64,000 nt of DNA from Escherichia coli (GTDB taxonomy: Bacteria > Pseudomonadota > Gammaproteobacteria > Enterobacterales > Enterobacteriaceae). Each line of letters opens with the position of its first letter. Positions within the stretch are counted from its first letter, which is position 1. The notes under the pieces are model-generated. The model saw nothing but the letters and a program-made list of their open reading frames with translations, searched no databases and had not been told where the DNA came from. This document shows, one piece after another, positions 62,085-64,000 of the stretch. The translations under genes were made by a program, and so were the position numbers. The DNA is taken from the NCBI GenBank assembly GCA_902499925.1, contig GCA_902499925.1_4130.1; one strand, given 5' to 3'.

Positions 62085-62104
62085 AGAGCGGCCTATGATG
62101 TTTG
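62085..62104 (-). terminator. GC-rich hairpin without U-tract (terminator-like or mRNA-stabilising)
   Basis: Perfect 8-bp stem AGGCCGCU-CUCU-AGCGGCCU after 62119..62520; no following U run. Confidence 0.4.
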
Positions 62105-62118
62105 ATGATGTGTAACGC

Positions 62119-62520
62119 TTACAACCCTAAGATAGTACGTGCTTCGTTGCGTTCCGTCCACAACTGCATGATGTGAGCAAGTAAGTCCTTGCTAATGTAT
62201 CCGGTGTTCATAGCTTCACGGATAGATACATCATAAGCACCGAAGCCAGTGCGAACGATACGCACATCATTCAGGTTAGTGTTATAGATACCGCCGAGAT
62301 CAACGGCTTCGAATACTGCATCAACAGAATATTCATTGTTGCCATCGTTGAAGTTTTCCAGTGCAATAGTATTGGATACCGCCCAACGTTTGCAGTTTCC
62401 AATGATGCGGCACTGTTCCGGTTGGATAGTGCCATTACTTACAGCGTACTCCAGTGCATCTTTACCAAAAGTCCGAGCCAGTACTAAAACGTCAGCGAAG
62501 GAAGTGATTGAGAAGGTCAT
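62119..62520 (-). CDS. hypothetical protein (GC-richer module)
   Basis: Track 62119..62583 runs through the promoter and UTR hairpin; ATG 62520 (MTFSITSF) has TAAGGAG upstream. Confidence 0.65.
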   Translation of the reverse strand: MTFSITSFADVLVLARTFGKDALEYAVSNGTIQPEQCRIIGNCKRWAVSNTIALENFNDGNNEYSVDAVFEAVDLGGIYNTNLNDVRIVRTGFGAYDVSIREAMNTGYISKDLLAHIMQLWTERNEARTILGL

Positions 62521-62540
62521 GATAAAACTCCTTAATTTAG

Positions 62541-62562
62541 GAGGGAGAACCATTTCCCCCTC
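62541..62562 (-). promoter_or_regulatory. conserved 5' UTR stem-loop, copy 1
   Basis: Minus-strand RNA GAGGGGG-AAAUGGUU-CUCCCUC (7 bp including one G-U); lies between the -10 box and the RBS. Confidence 0.55.
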
Positions 62563-62574
62563 TCTATGTAAAAC

Positions 62575-62602
62575 ATTATACATGAATCTAAGTACTATGC
62601 AA
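62575..62602 (-). promoter_or_regulatory. sigma70-like promoter (TTGCAT-16-TATAAT)
   Basis: Followed by the conserved GTTTTACATAGAG + stem-loop leader; upstream of 62119..62520. Confidence 0.65.
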
Positions 62603-62609
62603 GTACTTT

Positions 62610-62942
62610 TTACATTTTGATACCTGGATTCAGGTAGCGGTGAGATCCATATTCTGGATCGGTTTCGGCCCAGTACTGTAAATCTATAGTACCTTTAGCG
62701 TTAATCTTGTCTACCAGCTTATTCATCTTAGCGTATACTACATCAGCATCGATGCGTTTAAAGCCAGTGGCTTTAGTGAAGTAGTAGTGATTTGCTTCAC
62801 TATCATTAAGGATGTACCGAGCACCGTTTGCCGTTTGTGCAATAATGATTGAGTATTCTACGTTACGGTCGAGGCCGTCAATGAATACAGAGGAAACATT
62901 AGTACGGATGAAAGCTTTAACGATAGCGATTGAAGTAGTCAT
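62610..62942 (-). CDS. hypothetical protein (GC-richer module)
   Basis: 110-aa ORF, AGGAG RBS, own promoter 62996-63024. Confidence 0.65.
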   Translation of the reverse strand: MTTSIAIVKAFIRTNVSSVFIDGLDRNVEYSIIIAQTANGARYILNDSEANHYYFTKATGFKRIDADVVYAKMNKLVDKINAKGTIDLQYWAETDPEYGSHRYLNPGIKM

Positions 62943-62995
62943 TTTGAATCTCCTAACTTTGTGGGCCGTCGCACCGTTGCCGCCCTACGAGATAC

Positions 62996-63024
62996 ATTAT
63001 CGCAGTACTGATATACTTTGTCAA
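62996..63024 (-). promoter_or_regulatory. sigma70-like promoter (TTGACA-17-GATAAT)
   Basis: Upstream of 62610..62942. Confidence 0.6.
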
Positions 63025-63140
63025 TACTTTTTTATTAATAGTTTCCACTCCACCAGCAGATAGTTACTCACCGTTATTAACTATATATTTTGGGTACACC
63101 TATGCACCCTGTGGGCTAGTTTTTGTCTATGCGTATATAA

Positions 63141-63170
63141 TAGCAAAGGGACTGACCGGAGTCAATCCCT
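63141..63170 (-). terminator. hairpin terminator
   Basis: AGGGAUUGAC-UCCG-GUCAGUCCCU then UUUGCUAUU; the internal pair is G-U on the minus transcript but a C-A mismatch on the plus transcript, favouring minus-strand function. Confidence 0.5.
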
Positions 63171-63187
63171 TTTTTTATTCTTTTTTG

Positions 63188-63388
63188 TTAGATGATTCTC
63201 CAATCATCAACGATCATGGTAAGATACCGAACCAGTGATCCGAGTGATTCGTGTTCTCGATAGTCTGCCGCTCCACCAGCGGTACAAGTACAGCCGATTA
63301 AGCCGTTTTGTAGTTCCTGGATCTTTACGTCGATCTGGTTGGCTTTAGCTTCTTTCAGTACTTCAACCAGGGCGATAGCGATAGACAT
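63188..63388 (-). CDS. hypothetical small protein (GC-richer module)
   Basis: 66-aa ORF, own promoter 63444-63471, hairpin terminator downstream. Confidence 0.6.
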   Translation of the reverse strand: MSIAIALVEVLKEAKANQIDVKIQELQNGLIGCTCTAGGAADYREHESLGSLVRYLTMIVDDWRII

Positions 63389-63410
63389 AATGTTTTACTC
63401 CAAACTATTG

Positions 63411-63431
63411 GCGGGAGAACTATTCCCCCGC
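63411..63431 (-). promoter_or_regulatory. conserved 5' UTR stem-loop, copy 2
   Basis: Minus-strand RNA GCGGGGG-AAUAGUU-CUCCCGC; the A-U pair of copy 1 is replaced by C-G (compensatory change). Confidence 0.55.
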
Positions 63432-63443
63432 TCTATGTAAAAC

Positions 63444-63471
63444 ATTATACATTACTGGTTAGTACTGTCAA
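63444..63471 (-). promoter_or_regulatory. consensus sigma70 promoter (TTGACA-16-TATAAT)
   Basis: Followed by the conserved GTTTTACATAGAG + stem-loop leader; upstream of 63188..63388. Confidence 0.7.
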
Positions 63472-63478
63472 ATAGTTT

Positions 63479-63736
63479 TTATGAAATATCTTCGATGTAG
63501 TCGGCCCATTTCATTTTTTCAGTACTGTCAATGGCGACCGGATTATTTGGATCAAACCATTCACCATCACCGCAATACATACCCACGGCTACGGTTTTAT
63601 AGCCATCCTGGGCCGCACTCCACGACATTGCACGATAGATATGGCCTTTAACTGGTTGCAGTACTGGTAACGTTTTATGGTCTTCTACGTAGGCCATAGC
63701 TTGAGGATTTACCCGATATTGTGTGAACTGATCCAT
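63479..63736 (-). CDS. hypothetical small protein (GC-richer module)
   Basis: 85-aa ORF, GGGGA RBS, promoter 63764-63792. Confidence 0.6.
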   Translation of the reverse strand: MDQFTQYRVNPQAMAYVEDHKTLPVLQPVKGHIYRAMSWSAAQDGYKTVAVGMYCGDGEWFDPNNPVAIDSTEKMKWADYIEDIS

Positions 63737-63763
63737 TATGTTTCCCCTTGTAGTTAGTAAAGT

Positions 63764-63792
63764 TATTACATCAGTACTATCAAGCTATGTCA
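63764..63792 (-). promoter_or_regulatory. sigma70-like promoter (TTGACA-17-TGTAAT)
   Basis: Upstream of 63479..63736. Confidence 0.5.
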
Positions 63793-63887
63793 ATAGTACT
63801 GAAATAAAACTTTTAGATTAGATTATTGAGGCCGTCAATGGTAGACTCACTTTCTTCTTTCTCCCATTGTCGGTAGTACTTCCATGC

Positions 63888-64000
63888 TTCATGATAGGTG
63901 GCGATTAGTTCATCTTTTTGATCCTGGTTACATGCCAGTACTGAATCACGGTGAGCGGTGTTATAGATAGAATCGAATGATTTCTTCTCTTCTGCCAGGT
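63888..64000 (-). CDS. hypothetical protein (partial, 5' end beyond window end; C-terminus possibly frame-disrupted)
   Basis: Open frame from the window edge (..LAEEKKSFDSIYNTAHRDSVLACNQDQKDELIAHLS*) stops at 63888-63890; another frame stays open to TAA 63812-63814. Confidence 0.3.

Noticed and set aside
1736-63063. All plus-strand ORFs in the supplied track (for example 5324..5734, 11879..12232, 17561..17956, 9347..9676, 62336..62620)
   Set aside because: Each lies antisense to a longer minus-strand ORF that has homology, family support or RBS/coupling signals. Their products are low-complexity (Ser/Leu/Phe/Ile-rich), as expected from the reverse complement of AT-rich coding DNA. None has a convincing RBS.
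63141-63180. Plus-strand terminator (the hairpin is followed by T7 on the plus strand)
   Set aside because: No plus-strand gene exists upstream. The internal mismatch is C-A on the plus transcript but a G-U wobble on the minus transcript, so the structure is better on the minus strand.
1-64000. Prophage or mobile-element boundaries, integrases, transposases and homing endonucleases
   Set aside because: No recombinase, HNH, GIY-YIG or LAGLIDADG motifs, and no att-like or inverted terminal repeats, were seen. The only repeats are paralogous gene segments.

Overview
The window reads as 64 kb of a large, AT-rich, lytic phage-like genome. By-eye GC is about 25-33% up to about 61.8 kb and about 45% beyond. 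Every credible gene is on the minus strand, packed tightly with ATGA/TAATG-type start-stop overlaps. No integrase, transposase, tRNA, rRNA or CRISPR array was found.

Recognisable enzymes sit in the first 23 kb:
- ClpP-like protease
- two metallophosphoesterases
- ATP-dependent DNA ligase
- a possible PTH2-like hydrolase
- T4 PseT-like polynucleotide kinase/phosphatase
- T4 Rnl1-like RNA ligase
- NMNAT-like nucleotidyltransferase
- phage Dam-type N6-adenine methyltransferase

More than half of the window is tandem paralog arrays of unknown function:
1. About 53 genes (27.3-55.9 kb) share an acidic-FQ-S motif, [DE][DE]x[FY]FQxS[TL][IVL]. The motif resembles 3C/TEV protease cleavage sites.
2. 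27 consecutive genes of about 70-90 aa (55.3-61.6 kb), plus 3 outliers, share an L-G-T-N-Y-Q-E core. That core is encoded by a 17-nt DNA block that barely varies.
3. A 5-gene QFTYK family lies at 18.8-20.3 kb, inside a looser set of small helix-plus-beta proteins.

Other notable signals:
- The palindrome AGTACT is over-represented roughly ten-fold or more across the window, in all reading frames and in promoter spacers.
- A roughly 0.5 kb GC-elevated non-coding island lies between a terminator and a promoter at 23.2-23.7 kb.
- Near-consensus sigma70-type promoters recur, many with an extended -10 (GTGATATAAT).
- A duplicated promoter plus 5' UTR stem-loop module shows a compensatory base change.
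- An 82-bp direct repeat and a truncated paralog record recent unequal recombination.

All counts were made by eye and all functional calls rest on motif recognition. None has been checked by a database search.
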